A stretch of 64,000 nucleotides of DNA from an uncultured Acidimicrobiaceae bacterium (lineage in GTDB: Bacteria; Actinomycetota; Acidimicrobiia; Acidimicrobiales; Palsa-688). Made by a program: the position numbers and the translations under genes. Each line of letters opens with the position of its first letter. Position 1 is the stretch's first letter. Shown here one piece after another: positions 1 to 10,166 of the stretch. Under the pieces are notes generated by a model. It searched no databases. It was given only the letters and a program-made list of their open reading frames with translations, and had not been told where the DNA came from. The stretch lies in contig CAWGNA010000008.1 of assembly GCA_963823855.1 (NCBI GenBank), forward strand, positions 466,444-530,443, in the 5' to 3' direction.

Positions 1-2310
1 GCGGTACCGCAGGTGGGCCAGGCGGTGACCTATACGGCGACGGTCTCCGACCTCTACGGCTCGGACCCGGCGCCCACCGGCACGGTCAGCTTCACCGGCG
101 GCTCGGCGCAGTGCGACGATGTCAGCTTGTCGTCCACCTCGGGGGGCCCACGGCAACGTGCTCGGTGTCGTACACCTCGACAGGGCGGGAGTCGGTCACC
201 GCCACCTACGCCGGGGACGCAGCCACCTCGGCATCGTCGGGTTCTGTCGCGGTCGATGTGGCTCAAGGCACCCAGACGATCAGCTTCACCGCTCCGGCCC
301 ACGGCACCGCCGGCCACACCACGACCCTCTCCGCCAGCGGCGGGGCATCACCGAACGCAGTAGTCTTCTCGCTCGACCCGTCCTCGGGAGCCGGGGTCTG
401 CACGCTGTCAGGTGAGACTCTGAGGTACACCAGAGCGGGGAACTGCGTGATCGACGCGAACCAGGCCGCCAATGACGACTATTCAGCGGCGCCGCAGGTG
501 ACCCAGACCATTGTCGTCAGATCAGCCACCACGACCACGGCGGTGACGGCGTCGCCGGCAGTGGCGCCGGTGGGCCAGACGGTGAGCTACACCGCCAGAG
601 TCAACGATGGCTCAGGGCCGGCGCCGACCGGTACAGTCACGTTCACCGAGGGGCCGGCGACGGTGTGCGCCAACGTGGCCCTGTCGGCCACGGCCCCTTA
701 CAAGGCAGTGTGCTCGGCCTCGTACACCTCGACGGGGCGCGAATCAGTCACCGCCACCTACAACGGGGACGCAGCCACCTTGGCGTCATCGGGCTCCGCC
801 GTGGTGGACGTCGTCCAGGGTTCCCAGACGATCAGGTTCACCGCTCCCACGACTTTCACCTACGGAGCTAGCTTCTCGCCCTCGGCGACGACCAGTTCGA
901 GCCTGGCGGTGAGCTTCAGCATCGACGCCTCCAGCACGGCCGGCTCCTGTTCGCTGGCCCACACGAGCGGGTTGGTGAGGTTCACCGGGACAGGTACATG
1001 CGTGGTCGATGCCGACCAGGCCGGCACCGCCAACTACCTGTCGGCACCCACTGTCTCACACGCCATCACCGTCACCGCCGCCCCCCTCACGGTCACCGCC
1101 TCCAGCGCCACCGTGCGCTACGGGGCCGCCGCGCCTGCAGTCACCCCGATCTACACCGGCTTCGTGGGCGGCGACAGCGCCTCCTCGCTTACAACAGCGC
1201 CCGCCTGTTCGAGCACCGCAACACGCTCCTCCCCGGTAGGCACCCGGCCCACCAGCTGCTCTGGAGCGGTAGACGCCAACTACGCGATCTCTTATGCGGA
1301 CGGGTCGGTGAGCATCAGCCCAGCACCCCTCGTCGTCACGGCTTCGGACGCCGCAATGACCGGTGGGGGCGCAGCGCCGGTCATAACGCCTAGATATACC
1401 GGCTTCGTGGACGGTGACAGCGCCAGTTCGCTTAGCACCGCCCCAATGTGTTCGACTACCGCCACCAGCTCGTCCCCGACCGGCACCTACCCCTCGAGTT
1501 GCTCGGGCGCGGCGGACGCCAACTACGACATCAGCTACATCGCCGGCACGGTCACGGTCAACCCGGCCATTGCGAGCACTCCGGCCGCTACCGCCGCCAC
1601 CACCGGCACGACCACCGCTACGCCCGCACGACCACCGCTGGCACGACCACCGCTGGCACGACCACCGCTGGCACGACCACCGCTGGCACGACCACCGCTG
1701 GCACGACCACCGCTGGCACGACCACCGCTGGCACAACCACGCAAGGGAGGACGACGACCACTGGGACGGCCAATCCACCTGAGCCCACCGCCTCGAACAA
1801 GCCCAAGCTCATCAGCCTGTCACCGGCGGCTGGGCCTACGGCCGGCGGAACTACCGTGGTCATCAGAGGCGAGTGGTTCGACCACGTGGAGAGGGTCCGC
1901 TTCGGGATGCGCACCGCCCCGTTTAAGGTCGTCTCCGCCGAGGAGGTCATCGCAAGCTTGCCGGCTGGCGCCGGGACGGTGGCTGTCTCGGTGAAGACGG
2001 CAGCGGGGACCTCTCCAGGCGCCAAAGGAGACGACTTCGCCTACCTTGCCAGGAGCGACGTGCTCCAATTGTCCCCGGCGACTGGGCCAAAGCGGGTGGC
2101 ACCACTGTGGTCATCCTGGGCAAGCGGTTCGTGGACGTGGAGCGGGTCCACTTCGGCCAGCACACTGCCCGCTTCAAGGTGGTCTCCGCCGAGGAGGTCA
2201 TTGCCCATTCACCTCCTGGCAGCGGGACCGTGACTGTCTTAGTGACGACCGCGGGAGGGACCTCTGCCCGTATCAGGCCAGACAATTTCACCTACAGGGA
2301 AAGGAAATAG
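1..2310 (+). pseudogene. Large secreted/surface repeat protein (Ig-like repeats, MBG-like repeats, Thr-rich linker, two IPT/TIG domains); 5' end outside window; frame broken at least 3 times
   Basis: Repeated Ig-like units (VGQxVxYTAxV..PTGTVxFT..SYTSTGRESVTATYxGDAAT). Two MBG-like units (YGAAAPxVTPxYTGFVxGDSASSL..ANYxISYxxGxVxI). Then two IPT/TIG-like units (LSPAxGPxAGGTTVVIxGxxFxxVERVxFG..FKVVSAEEVIA). Continuity needs frame changes at 141-146 (G6 run), ~1624 and 2089-2091 (A run). Confidence 0.7.
1626..1730 (+). repeat. 15-bp tandem repeat x7 (gcacgaccaccgctg), coding (TTTAG)n linker in the downstream frame
   Basis: Seven perfect head-to-tail copies read directly, with degenerate copies on both flanks. 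It translates as TTTAG in the frame continuous with the IPT/TIG domains, and as PPLAR in the upstream frame. Confidence 0.9.
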
Positions 2311-2728
2311 AGCCACACGACGGCTGCTCAGGAGGTGCGCGCCGTGGCCGAGGTCGGAGCCCACCGCCACCACCGTCCCGTCAGCCACCCCGGCGCACCA
2401 GGCCGCGCCGAGCATCGCACCAACCTCCGGCCGCGGCACGAGCCTGGCCGAGACGGGGACCGCAAGCCCGTGGACAGCGCCCAAGTCGCGTACCGCCGCC
2501 GCCGAGAGCAGTGTGCGCGCCTCCCGGCCCACGATGTCGTGAGGGGCGCCTACATGGTCGAGATGACCAATCGGTTCAACCCGGCGTCAAGGCGGAGCCG
2601 GCGGCTCTCGAACCGAGGATCAGCGGGGACCGGTCCCACCGTTCGTGGCTCGCTTCCCATTGGTGGAAAGCTGGCGCACGGGCCCTACGCCGCGTCCGCT
2701 ACTGCGCTGACCAGTTTCGACCGATGCC

Positions 2729-4495
2729 TTAGTCGTTGATGGCCAAGGCGAGCCAAGACTCCTCGGCCGTTTCGAGGGCGGCTTGCGCGTCGGCCAGGTT
2801 GTGGCCCAGCGTGGCCATGTCCTTGTAATCAGACGCTGAAGCCAAAGCCTCAGTAATGCGGGTCACTTCGCCCTGTAGCCGAGCCATCTCTCTTTCTGTG
2901 TCCCGGAGGAGCCGGGCCTGCCGCGAGGGGTTCACGGGTGCTCGCCCCCGGACGCTTGGGCTGCCGGCGCCGGCGATGCTCACGGCCGTGGACCTGGCAG
3001 GAACAACGCGTGAGCTTTGCTTTTCGTTGAGCCGAGCCTGCCCCCCCACCGCCCGGTCAACCCAGCCGGCCACGCCGCCCGGGACTTCGGCAACGGCGCC
3101 CTCTGGCCCCACTTCCACCACTCGGTCCGTGACCCGCTCCAGGAACGTGCGGTCATGGCTGACGACCAACAGCGCCCCCGGCCAATCCTCTAAAAAATCT
3201 TCCAGGGCTCGCAGCGCATCCAGGTCAAGGTCGTTGGTGGGCTCGTCGAGGAATAGGACATTGGGCCGGGCCGCGGTGAGCAGCAGGATTTGCAACCGGC
3301 GTCTTTCACCTCCGGACAATGACCCTACGCGGGCGAAGGGTAGGTCGCCGTTGAAAAGGAACCGTTTCATAAGGTTAATGTCCTCGGGTGACCCCGGCGG
3401 CCGGTACGGGCCGGCAACTAGGTCCCTCACTGTGGCATCAGCGTCGAGGTCGGCCGTCAGCTGATCGTGGTACCCCACCACGACTGTTGGCCCCGTCTCG
3501 ACCACGCCTTCAGTCGGTTGGATCCGCCCGGCCAGGAGCTGGAGCAGGGTCGTCTTGCCCGCACCGTTGGCGCCCACCACGCCGAGGCGCTCCCGCCGCC
3601 CGACGACCAGGTCGACGCCGGAGAGCACGGTAGGCCCGTGTTCGTAGCGGAAACCCGCTCCAATGCACTCCACGACCTTGTCTCCCAGGCGAGGGACGCC
3701 GAAGTTGCCTTGGAACTCGGCCGTCCCCGCTGCGGGGGCCGGTCGTCGCTCGATCAAACGCAAGGCCGCCTCGACCCGGGCGTGCGGCTTGCGGGACCGG
3801 GCCTGGGCGCCCCGGCGCAGCCAAGCAAGTTCCCTGCGGGCAAGGTTGCGCCGAGTTGACTCAGCTGTCGCGGCCTGAGCTTCGCGCTCGGCTCTGGCTG
3901 CCAGGTAGAGCTCGTAGCCTCCGTCGTGAAAATAAGCGTGCCCCCGGTCCAGTTCCAACACCATCGTTGTGAGCCGGTTCAACAAGTGCCGGTCGTGGGT
4001 CACCAGTACGAGGCCACCGCGGAACGAGCTCAGGTTGTCTTCCAACCACGCCGCTGCGCCCAAATCGAGGTGGTTGGTTGGCTCGTCGAGGACGAGGAGC
4101 TCGACGGGATGAGCCAGTACCCGGGCCAGCGCCACACGTTTTTTCTGGCCGCCGGAAAGGGCCCTGGTACTGGTACCCATTTGAGGGCCCAGGCCCAAGC
4201 GGCTCAGGGCGGCTTCGGCCTCCCAACCTTCGCCCACGGCGTCTCGCACCGTCCCCTCAGGCAGTTCAGGCTCCTGGTCTAAGAACCCGATCCGCGTGCC
4301 TCGCCCGCGGCGCACGACCCCGGCGTCAGGGACGTCCTTCCCGGCCAGGACCCTGAGGAGAGTGGACTTGCCTGCACCGTTCGCACCCACAACGCCCACC
4401 CGTTCACCGTCGGCAACCGTCATCGACAGCCCTTCAAAGAGCATGCGCCCCACTCGGCCGACGGCTACCTGTTCCATGTCCACGAGAACAGCCAC
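2729..4495 (-). CDS. ABC-F family ATPase (two ABC domains plus C-terminal coiled coil, Uup/EttA-like)
   Basis: 588-aa ORF with two Walker A motifs (GANGAGKST, GANGAGKTT) and two signature motifs (LSGGQKKR, LSGGERRR). No TM segments. Charged helical tail. Confidence 0.9.
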   Translation of the reverse strand: MAVLVDMEQVAVGRVGRMLFEGLSMTVADGERVGVVGANGAGKSTLLRVLAGKDVPDAGVVRRGRGTRIGFLDQEPELPEGTVRDAVGEGWEAEAALSRLGLGPQMGTSTRALSGGQKKRVALARVLAHPVELLVLDEPTNHLDLGAAAWLEDNLSSFRGGLVLVTHDRHLLNRLTTMVLELDRGHAYFHDGGYELYLAARAEREAQAATAESTRRNLARRELAWLRRGAQARSRKPHARVEAALRLIERRPAPAAGTAEFQGNFGVPRLGDKVVECIGAGFRYEHGPTVLSGVDLVVGRRERLGVVGANGAGKTTLLQLLAGRIQPTEGVVETGPTVVVGYHDQLTADLDADATVRDLVAGPYRPPGSPEDINLMKRFLFNGDLPFARVGSLSGGERRRLQILLLTAARPNVLFLDEPTNDLDLDALRALEDFLEDWPGALLVVSHDRTFLERVTDRVVEVGPEGAVAEVPGGVAGWVDRAVGGQARLNEKQSSRVVPARSTAVSIAGAGSPSVRGRAPVNPSRQARLLRDTEREMARLQGEVTRITEALASASDYKDMATLGHNLADAQAALETAEESWLALAIND

Positions 4496-4831
4496 GAGGC
4501 CATCAAGATACCCGCCGGGCCACTTGTGACAGAAGACAGGGGCGGACGCCAGAGCTAAGGGCGGACGGCTCGGAGCTGCCCGTGGCCTCTATGAGGAGGC
4601 GATCGCCGCGGCCGAGGGAGCTCGGCTCCCCCCGGTTGCTGGGGGATTCGTGGGACCGCCTCGGCTTTGTCCTCCTCCTCCAGGGAGCGCCGGTGGAGGC
4701 AGCCCCCTGTGCTGCCGCAAGTCGCTGGTCTTATCCCGGCGCACGGGCCGGCGCAAGGACGCAAACACCGCCATCTTCAAAGCTTTCCTGTTGTGCGAGC
4801 GGGATAGGGCGACTACCTGCTGGCAGCCCGG

Positions 4832-5167
4832 TTGACCCGTGCCCACGACGTCATGCACGCCGGCCACATAAACGAAGACGTTACCCCCGAAATGGCTTAC
4901 AGGTGGAACAAGTGGGGCCCATTGGAGCAGAAGGTGCGGGACGAAAACCGAGAGTGGCTTCGCCAGTTCCTCGCCGAGTGCGAGTTCGAGCGCGCCTACA
5001 CCGGATCCATCATGGCGGTCTTCAGTCTCTACCACACCTTGCGCTTGCACCTGAGTCATCCTGGTGCCAGGCACGTTGTGATTTTCGTTGTCAGCCTGCT
5101 TGCCTATGGGACCGAGCTTTGCTTAGCCGTCGCGTTCGCCCTGAGCCCCCAAGGTAGACCCTCGTGA
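4832..5167 (+). CDS. Hypothetical protein (possible C-terminal membrane helices)
   Basis: 111-aa ORF with protein-like composition (WNKWGPLEQKVRDENREWLRQFLAECEFERAY) and a hydrophobic tail. No recognised family. Alternative start codon. Confidence 0.3.
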   Translation: MTRAHDVMHAGHINEDVTPEMAYRWNKWGPLEQKVRDENREWLRQFLAECEFERAYTGSIMAVFSLYHTLRLHLSHPGARHVVIFVVSLLAYGTELCLAVAFALSPQGRPS

Positions 5168-5343
5168 CCTGGGTGGCCCGAGTACCATGCCCGCGAGCGC
5201 GCCACGATGGTCTTCGACCTCCCTCCTCACGTCGAGTACGATCCTGCGGCGCTGGAGCTCGAGCTGTGGGGTCAAGCACATGAAGACGGCATTTAAGGAC
5301 AGCACGGTCGCATCGTTATTGCGTCGGAAGGTAGGGATCTAGG

Positions 5344-6327
5344 GTGCATATCGGGTCAGGGGATCTTCAATTCGAGCTCGTCACCGGCTGGCAGCGGCGG
5401 CCCTCAGGATGGCCACTCGAAGACATTGCAGGGGTTTGCACCGACGTCGACGACAACGTCTACCTCTATCCGCGCGGTGACCATCCGGTGAGCACGTACT
5501 CCGAGGCCGGCAGCTTCTTGGGCACTTGGAGCGAAGGCCAGTTCAGCCCCCGCAGCCACGGTGCGTTCATGTCGCGCCACGGCGACCTGTACCTGGTCGA
5601 TGACGGGCTCGGCCGCGTCGGGCGGTACTCGCTCGAGGGCAAGCTGTTGGCCACCATCGGGCCGGTAGGCGTGTTCAGCGACACCGGCCACCAAGCCGGC
5701 GTTGAGGACTCGGTGGCCCGCGGCGGGCCGCCGTACAACAGGCCCACGAATCTGTCGGTGGGCCCCAATGGTGACCTCTACGTATCGGACGGGTACGGTA
5801 ACGCTCGAGTGCACCGTTTCGACCCGGCCGGCATGCTCGTGCAGTCATGGGGTGAGCCCGGTTCCAGCCCCGGCGAGTTCCGTACCCCGCACGGGCTCAC
5901 CGTTCACCGCGACGGGCGCGTGTTCGTCGCCGACCGTCAGAACGACAGGATACAGGTGTTCAGCGCTGATGGCGACTACCTGGCGGAGTGGACTGACGTG
6001 CAACGGCCGCAAGACATATTCATAGACGGGGACGACCTCGTCTATGTTGCAGAGCTCAGCTGGTTCCCCGGCGAGCGGTCGCGTCGGCTTGGCGCCGTTA
6101 CCGAGTTCCTCCCGGCTCGCCTGAGTATTTACGACATCGAGGGCAGCCTGCTGCTTCGCTGGGCTGACGCGGACCCGACGAAGGATGGCTACTTCACTGC
6201 TCCTCACGGGATCTGGGTCGACAGCGAGGGGTCAATTTACCTCGCCGAGGTGGCGGGTATCTGGTCGATAGCGCGCGGGTACGCACCGGCGGAAGCGAAC
6301 CGGCTGCAAAAATTTGCTCGCGTATGA
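5344..6327 (+). CDS. NHL-repeat six-bladed beta-propeller protein (peptidylglycine amidating-lyase-like fold)
   Basis: 327-aa ORF with repeated motifs GDLYVSDGYGNARVHRFD, GRVFVADRQNDRIQVFS, DLVYVAE and GSIYLAEV. GTG start preceded by GGAAGGTAGGGA. Confidence 0.8.
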   Translation: MHIGSGDLQFELVTGWQRRPSGWPLEDIAGVCTDVDDNVYLYPRGDHPVSTYSEAGSFLGTWSEGQFSPRSHGAFMSRHGDLYLVDDGLGRVGRYSLEGKLLATIGPVGVFSDTGHQAGVEDSVARGGPPYNRPTNLSVGPNGDLYVSDGYGNARVHRFDPAGMLVQSWGEPGSSPGEFRTPHGLTVHRDGRVFVADRQNDRIQVFSADGDYLAEWTDVQRPQDIFIDGDDLVYVAELSWFPGERSRRLGAVTEFLPARLSIYDIEGSLLLRWADADPTKDGYFTAPHGIWVDSEGSIYLAEVAGIWSIARGYAPAEANRLQKFARV

Positions 6328-6500
6328 GCCCGCACTGATTGGAGGCACAGGCGACCGCTCGGAGGGTTTTCCGGTAGGCCGGCCACGACTGTCCCCAATC
6401 CGTAAGGGACATTCTGCAACTTGTGGCGACGCATGTCCGCCTTCGGCCAAAAGAGCCGCCCGTTATGTGGCATGAGAACCGATGACTACTCGATAACTAC

Positions 6501-6737
6501 GTGGGCCACCCAGTCCACAGCGAGTTGGCAGGGTGGGCCGCATCCCGCGGCTGTGAGTTCATGGTCTTCGACTACGACCTGGGTACGGCAACCGCCACGT
6601 GCCAACCGGCCTGACCATACGGCTGGGTGAACGCCGTGGCCTTTGGGGCCTTGGGGTACGGCCGGGTCGTGCTGACCTCCGGCAGCGAGGACTATACGGT
6701 GAGGTTGTGGGACCCTGAATTTCGTTGGCCAAGCTAA
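6501..6737 (+). pseudogene. WD40-repeat gene remnant with an in-frame stop
   Basis: Translation gives VFDYDLGTATATCQPA*PYGWVNAVAFGALGYGRVVLTSGSEDYTVRLWDP. This matches the WD40 consensus (GHTGWVNAVAF...SGSxDxTVRLWD) but has an internal TGA and no start or remainder. Confidence 0.45.
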
Positions 6738-6911
6738 CCCAGTCGAGACTACCGTCGGTCTGGAATGGCGTGCAGAGATTCGAGAACACCACACGCCAGG
6801 TTTGTGCGGGACTAAGACCCACCCCTGTCCGATATCGGCACTCCGTCTACTGCTGGCACATCTCTCACGTCAGAACCACCGTAGTTCGTCATTTGCGCTA
6901 CTGGGTGACGT

Positions 6912-7643
6912 TCAGGACCGAGCGGCTTCGAGCTCATGGTGGAGCGAAGTCCGGAGCACAGCCTTGTCCATCGCAGCAGTGACAATCGTCGCTCCGGCGC
7001 GCCGGTAACGCCCTGCGCCCGCGCCATCATTGCTGTGTACCCCGACGGGCATCCGGGCGGCAAGGCAACGATCAAGGATCGATGAAACAATCTCGGACAT
7101 CTCCACTAGGTCATCTTCCCCTGCTTTGCCGAGCGATAACGCCAAGTCTCGAGAGCCCACGTAGATCCCGTCTATCCCCTCGAGGGCCAGTATGCCATCG
7201 AGTTGATCGAGCGCCTGGGCCGTTTCGAGCACAAGGAAACACAGGGGCGTTTCGGAGCCACCAGAGAGCCGGCCTATAGAGCGGGTCCCCACCGGGCCGT
7301 ACCGGCAACTCGAAAGGACTTCGGCGGCGTGGTGAACGCCGCGGACGTTCGGTACGAACACCCCATCCGCTCCGAGGTCCAAGGGACGGCCGATGTCCGG
7401 AAAGCTGGGACTGCGCACCCGCACTAAGGGAGCGACACCGTTGGCTCGTACGGCGGCTAGCAGCCCCGGGAGCTCATGTTCGGCCGTCGGTCCGTGCTGG
7501 AGATCGACCACCACGTAGTCCGGGCCGCACGACGCCAACAGCTCTGCTGTCGCCGCTCCAGCTATCGCGCTCCATATCCCGACGACGGGCTCGCCGCGCT
7601 GGAGACGGGCCCGGATAGTCGACGCTTTGTCAATAAACACCAT
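6912..7643 (-). CDS. HpcH/HpaI family aldolase
   Basis: 243-aa ORF with motifs GIWSAIAGAATAELLASCGPDYVVVDLQHG, APLVRV and GADGVFVPNV. GGAGGAG RBS upstream of the ATG. Confidence 0.85.
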   Translation of the reverse strand: MVFIDKASTIRARLQRGEPVVGIWSAIAGAATAELLASCGPDYVVVDLQHGPTAEHELPGLLAAVRANGVAPLVRVRSPSFPDIGRPLDLGADGVFVPNVRGVHHAAEVLSSCRYGPVGTRSIGRLSGGSETPLCFLVLETAQALDQLDGILALEGIDGIYVGSRDLALSLGKAGEDDLVEMSEIVSSILDRCLAARMPVGVHSNDGAGAGRYRRAGATIVTAAMDKAVLRTSLHHELEAARS

Positions 7644-7707
7644 GGTAGTCTCCTCCGCGTCCCCAACCAGAGGGGGACTCCCTCACGGGAGATCACGAAG
7701 CAGGCGG

Positions 7708-8050
7708 TCATTTCCCGTGCGGGGTGATCCATCGCTCATCTGCGTATGCGGCAACATTGTTTCTCTGACCGCCGCGCCCTGACGTGTTGCCTGACTGACG
7801 CATTCCTCCATACGGAGTTTGGGGGACGTCATTGAAGGTCTGACCTTGTGGACCACACCGGTTGGAACCTGCTCGGCGAGTTCGAGTCCTGCTGTGATGT
7901 CGGCACGGAGAATGCCAAGCACCGGACCAAATTCACGGTCGGCGGCAAGGGTCGCGGCCTCGTCTATGGTGGCGAACTATGTAACTGCAGCAATCGGGCC
8001 GAACGCCCGCTGGGTACCGCGGTCAGTGGCCAGCACGTGGGTCTCGGTGC
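7708..8050 (-). pseudogene. C-terminal remnant of an aldehyde dehydrogenase (frameshifted, in-frame stop, N-terminus missing)
   Basis: The minus strand reads ..RAFGPIAAVT*FATIDEAATLAADREFGPVLGILRADITAGLELAEQVPTGVVH. A shifted frame then reads NDVPQTPYGGMRQSGNTSGRGGQRNNVAAYADERWITPHGK*. This is the ALDH C-terminal pattern (EEIFGPV..DEAIxLAN..GLxAxVxT...PFGGxKxSG). Confidence 0.55.
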
Positions 8051-8081
8051 TCAACCGGGTGCGCCATGGCCTACGGGTGAT

Positions 8082-8549
8082 CTAAGCGTGCGTTGCCTGT
8101 TGGGCGGGCTCCGTCGTGGTCACGCCCAGCTTGGTCAAGAAGCTGCGGTAGTCGGTCTGCACCCATTCCTCGGCCAGCCGGCCCTCGTCGTCGTACCTGA
8201 AGGTACCGATCACCTCCCACTCTAGGTGTTGCCCAGTGGGCTCGACTGGACCGATAGGCGAGTAGGTAAAGACCTCGGTGAAGTCACCGGCGAAAGTGGT
8301 GCGCGCCGCCAGGAAGTTGCCGTCCACGATGATCTGCTCACGGACGATTCGCAGATCGCTGAAAGCGGCGCGCAAGGACGCGAAGTAAGCGCGCAATTGA
8401 TCGAAGCTCAGGTCGCCTCCGGGCCCGTGGAAAACGTAGTCCTCACTGAAATAGGCGCGGAGCGCGACATCGTCCTCACGAGCGATCGCTTCGTCGCCGA
8501 TGCGGACCAGATCGCGGGCCAGCGGACTGTCAGAGATGAAGCCTGGCAT
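8082..8549 (-). CDS. SnoaL-like / predicted ester cyclase (NTF2-fold)
   Basis: 155-aa ORF, YFSEDYVFHGPGGDLSFDQLRAYFASLRAAFSDLRIVREQIIVDGNFLAARTTFAGDF, typical of the ester cyclase family. Divergent from a TetR gene. Confidence 0.75.
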   Translation of the reverse strand: MPGFISDSPLARDLVRIGDEAIAREDDVALRAYFSEDYVFHGPGGDLSFDQLRAYFASLRAAFSDLRIVREQIIVDGNFLAARTTFAGDFTEVFTYSPIGPVEPTGQHLEWEVIGTFRYDDEGRLAEEWVQTDYRSFLTKLGVTTTEPAQQATHA

Positions 8550-8566
8550 TGGTGCTCCTTGATGCT

Positions 8567-8597
8567 AGACTAGTAATACTACTAGTATATAGTAATA
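8567..8597. promoter_or_regulatory. AT-rich repeat/palindrome block, candidate TetR operator in the divergent promoter
   Basis: TAGTAATACT occurs twice (8569-8578, 8588-8597). Palindrome TACTAGTA at 8578-8585. ACTAGT occurs twice. The ~30 bp of ~20% GC lie between the two divergent start codons (8549 and 8622). Confidence 0.4.
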
Positions 8598-8621
8598 CTG
8601 CGTGTCAAGTAGGATGGCCCC

Positions 8622-9263
8622 ATGACCGCGGAGATGATCGATCGACAGGAGCGACGAAAGAGCCGTACCCGGCAGGCGATCCAGAAGGCCGCGCTCGAGC
8701 TCTTTGCCGAGCGTGGCTACCGCGAGTCCACGATCAACGACATCGCCGAACGGGCTGAGGTCGCACCCAGAACCGTGACTGTGCACTTCCCCGCCAAGGA
8801 GGAGCTGCTCCTCGATGCCGAACCATTCACGCTCGACAGCATGAGCGAACGTCTGTCTGCCCGACGACCAAACGAATCTGCGCTTGAAGCACTGCGCGAC
8901 TGGATGGCAACCACAATGACGGAGGTTGAGACCAACGCTTCTGAGCTGGACGGACGCTTCTGGGAACGGCGCGCCTTGCGAGCGCACATCATCAACAACG
9001 AACCCGAGCTTCGGGGCCGCAGCCGCGCCAGCTACTACCCATTCGAGCGCGCCCTCGCGGAGGCCATCGGCAAAGACATCGGCCGATCCGGCAACAGCCT
9101 GATCCCGCGCCTAGCGGCGTTGTCGGCGGTTGCCGGCTTGCGCGAACTCTACGAGAGCGATGAAGCCCAAGCGCTAGCGGCTCCGCCGAGCGCCGCCGAA
9201 CTGCTCAAGCTCGTGGACAGAGTGATTCGCTTCGCCCAGGCTGGCCTCGAAAGAGGCCAGTGA
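8622..9263 (+). CDS. TetR family transcriptional regulator
   Basis: 213-aa ORF with the N-terminal TetR HTH (RTRQAIQKAALELFAERGYRESTINDIAERAEVAPRTVTVHF). Confidence 0.9.
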   Translation: MTAEMIDRQERRKSRTRQAIQKAALELFAERGYRESTINDIAERAEVAPRTVTVHFPAKEELLLDAEPFTLDSMSERLSARRPNESALEALRDWMATTMTEVETNASELDGRFWERRALRAHIINNEPELRGRSRASYYPFERALAEAIGKDIGRSGNSLIPRLAALSAVAGLRELYESDEAQALAAPPSAAELLKLVDRVIRFAQAGLERGQ

Positions 9264-9272
9264 CCGGGCCCG

Positions 9273-10151
9273 TTAAGACTCACGGGGCGCTGGACGTCCG
9301 CTAATTTCGTAGGTGCGTTGTTCGCGAAGTGTGCGCAGATGAACTGCCGCCCAGGTGCGGAACGGCCGCCACATCTCAGACACGTCGGCGAGGTTGTGGT
9401 CGGGGCCGTACCGGACGGTGATCTCGTCCTCTAGCCTGCGGTCGTGCAGGGGAACGGTGTCCGGAGAGTTGGCGCCCCGGATAACGATGAGTTCGGCTGC
9501 GAACGGCCCGAGCCCTTTCACTTCTTGAACGGTGCGCACGGCGTCGTCGGGTTCCATCGAGCGCAGCGTGGCTCCGTCAAGTCGTCCGTCTAGGGCAGCA
9601 TCCGCGACCGCGTGCAGATATTCGGTTTTGTGCCCGGGCAGATCGAGATCGAGGATGCGCAGCACGTCGGGAGCGGGGAATGCACCGTCATGGCCGTGGC
9701 GGCGGACGAGATCGGCTCGCAACCGTGCGGTCTGCACGATCCGTAACCGCTGGGACAGCACGGCCCACGCTGCCGCCTCGTATGGCGAATGAAACCCGCA
9801 CGGACGGAGGCCGGGAAGTCGCTGTTGGGCGTCGGCTATGACGGGGTCAAGCCGAGCGATATCGGGCCAGCCGCGGGCGTCGATGTCCAGAGACAGGAAC
9901 CGGCATACTTGTGCAGCTGCCTGGTCGAGGTCACCGTCACCCAGCACGGTTAGGGAGGCAGTGCAGCCCTGCTGGGTCACGTGGACTTCGGCCGGGCTCC
10001 AGTCGCCCTCGACAAGGAACACCGTCTGCAATGCATCGGGCTGCTGCGGGGTGGCCAGCTCGGCAGGCGCAAATCCCTCCCAGAACCTTCTGCTCGTCTC
10101 GAGTAACCAGGGGCCGAGCACCTCGACGACGATCTCCCGGCGCCTCATCAT
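9273..10151 (-). CDS. DNA-3-methyladenine glycosylase II family protein (AlkA-like, HhH-GPD)
   Basis: 292-aa ORF with an HhH motif (VQEVKGLGPFAAELIVIRG) and an AlkA-like middle region (FHSPYEAAAWAVLSQRLRIVQTARLRADLVRRHG). Confidence 0.8.
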   Translation of the reverse strand: MMRRREIVVEVLGPWLLETSRRFWEGFAPAELATPQQPDALQTVFLVEGDWSPAEVHVTQQGCTASLTVLGDGDLDQAAAQVCRFLSLDIDARGWPDIARLDPVIADAQQRLPGLRPCGFHSPYEAAAWAVLSQRLRIVQTARLRADLVRRHGHDGAFPAPDVLRILDLDLPGHKTEYLHAVADAALDGRLDGATLRSMEPDDAVRTVQEVKGLGPFAAELIVIRGANSPDTVPLHDRRLEDEITVRYGPDHNLADVSEMWRPFRTWAAVHLRTLREQRTYEISGRPAPRES

Positions 10152-10166
10152 CTCGCCCCCCCGTTG

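Noticed and set aside
1056-2025. Antisense and alternative-frame ORFs across the surface-protein gene, including the PPLAR-repeat reading and WSCQR/VVPA repeat ORFs
   Set aside because: These are translations of the 15-bp repeat in the wrong frames. The flanking sequence in those frames is low-complexity Arg/Pro text with no domain continuity.
2239-2729. Possible small minus-strand gene between the surface protein and the ABC-F gene (..GHLDHVGAPHDIVGREARTLLSAAAVRDLGAVHGLAVPVSARL..), thioesterase-like?
   Set aside because: There is no start codon in a sensible position. It overlaps the IPT/TIG gene end, and the resemblance to hot-dog-fold motifs is too vague.
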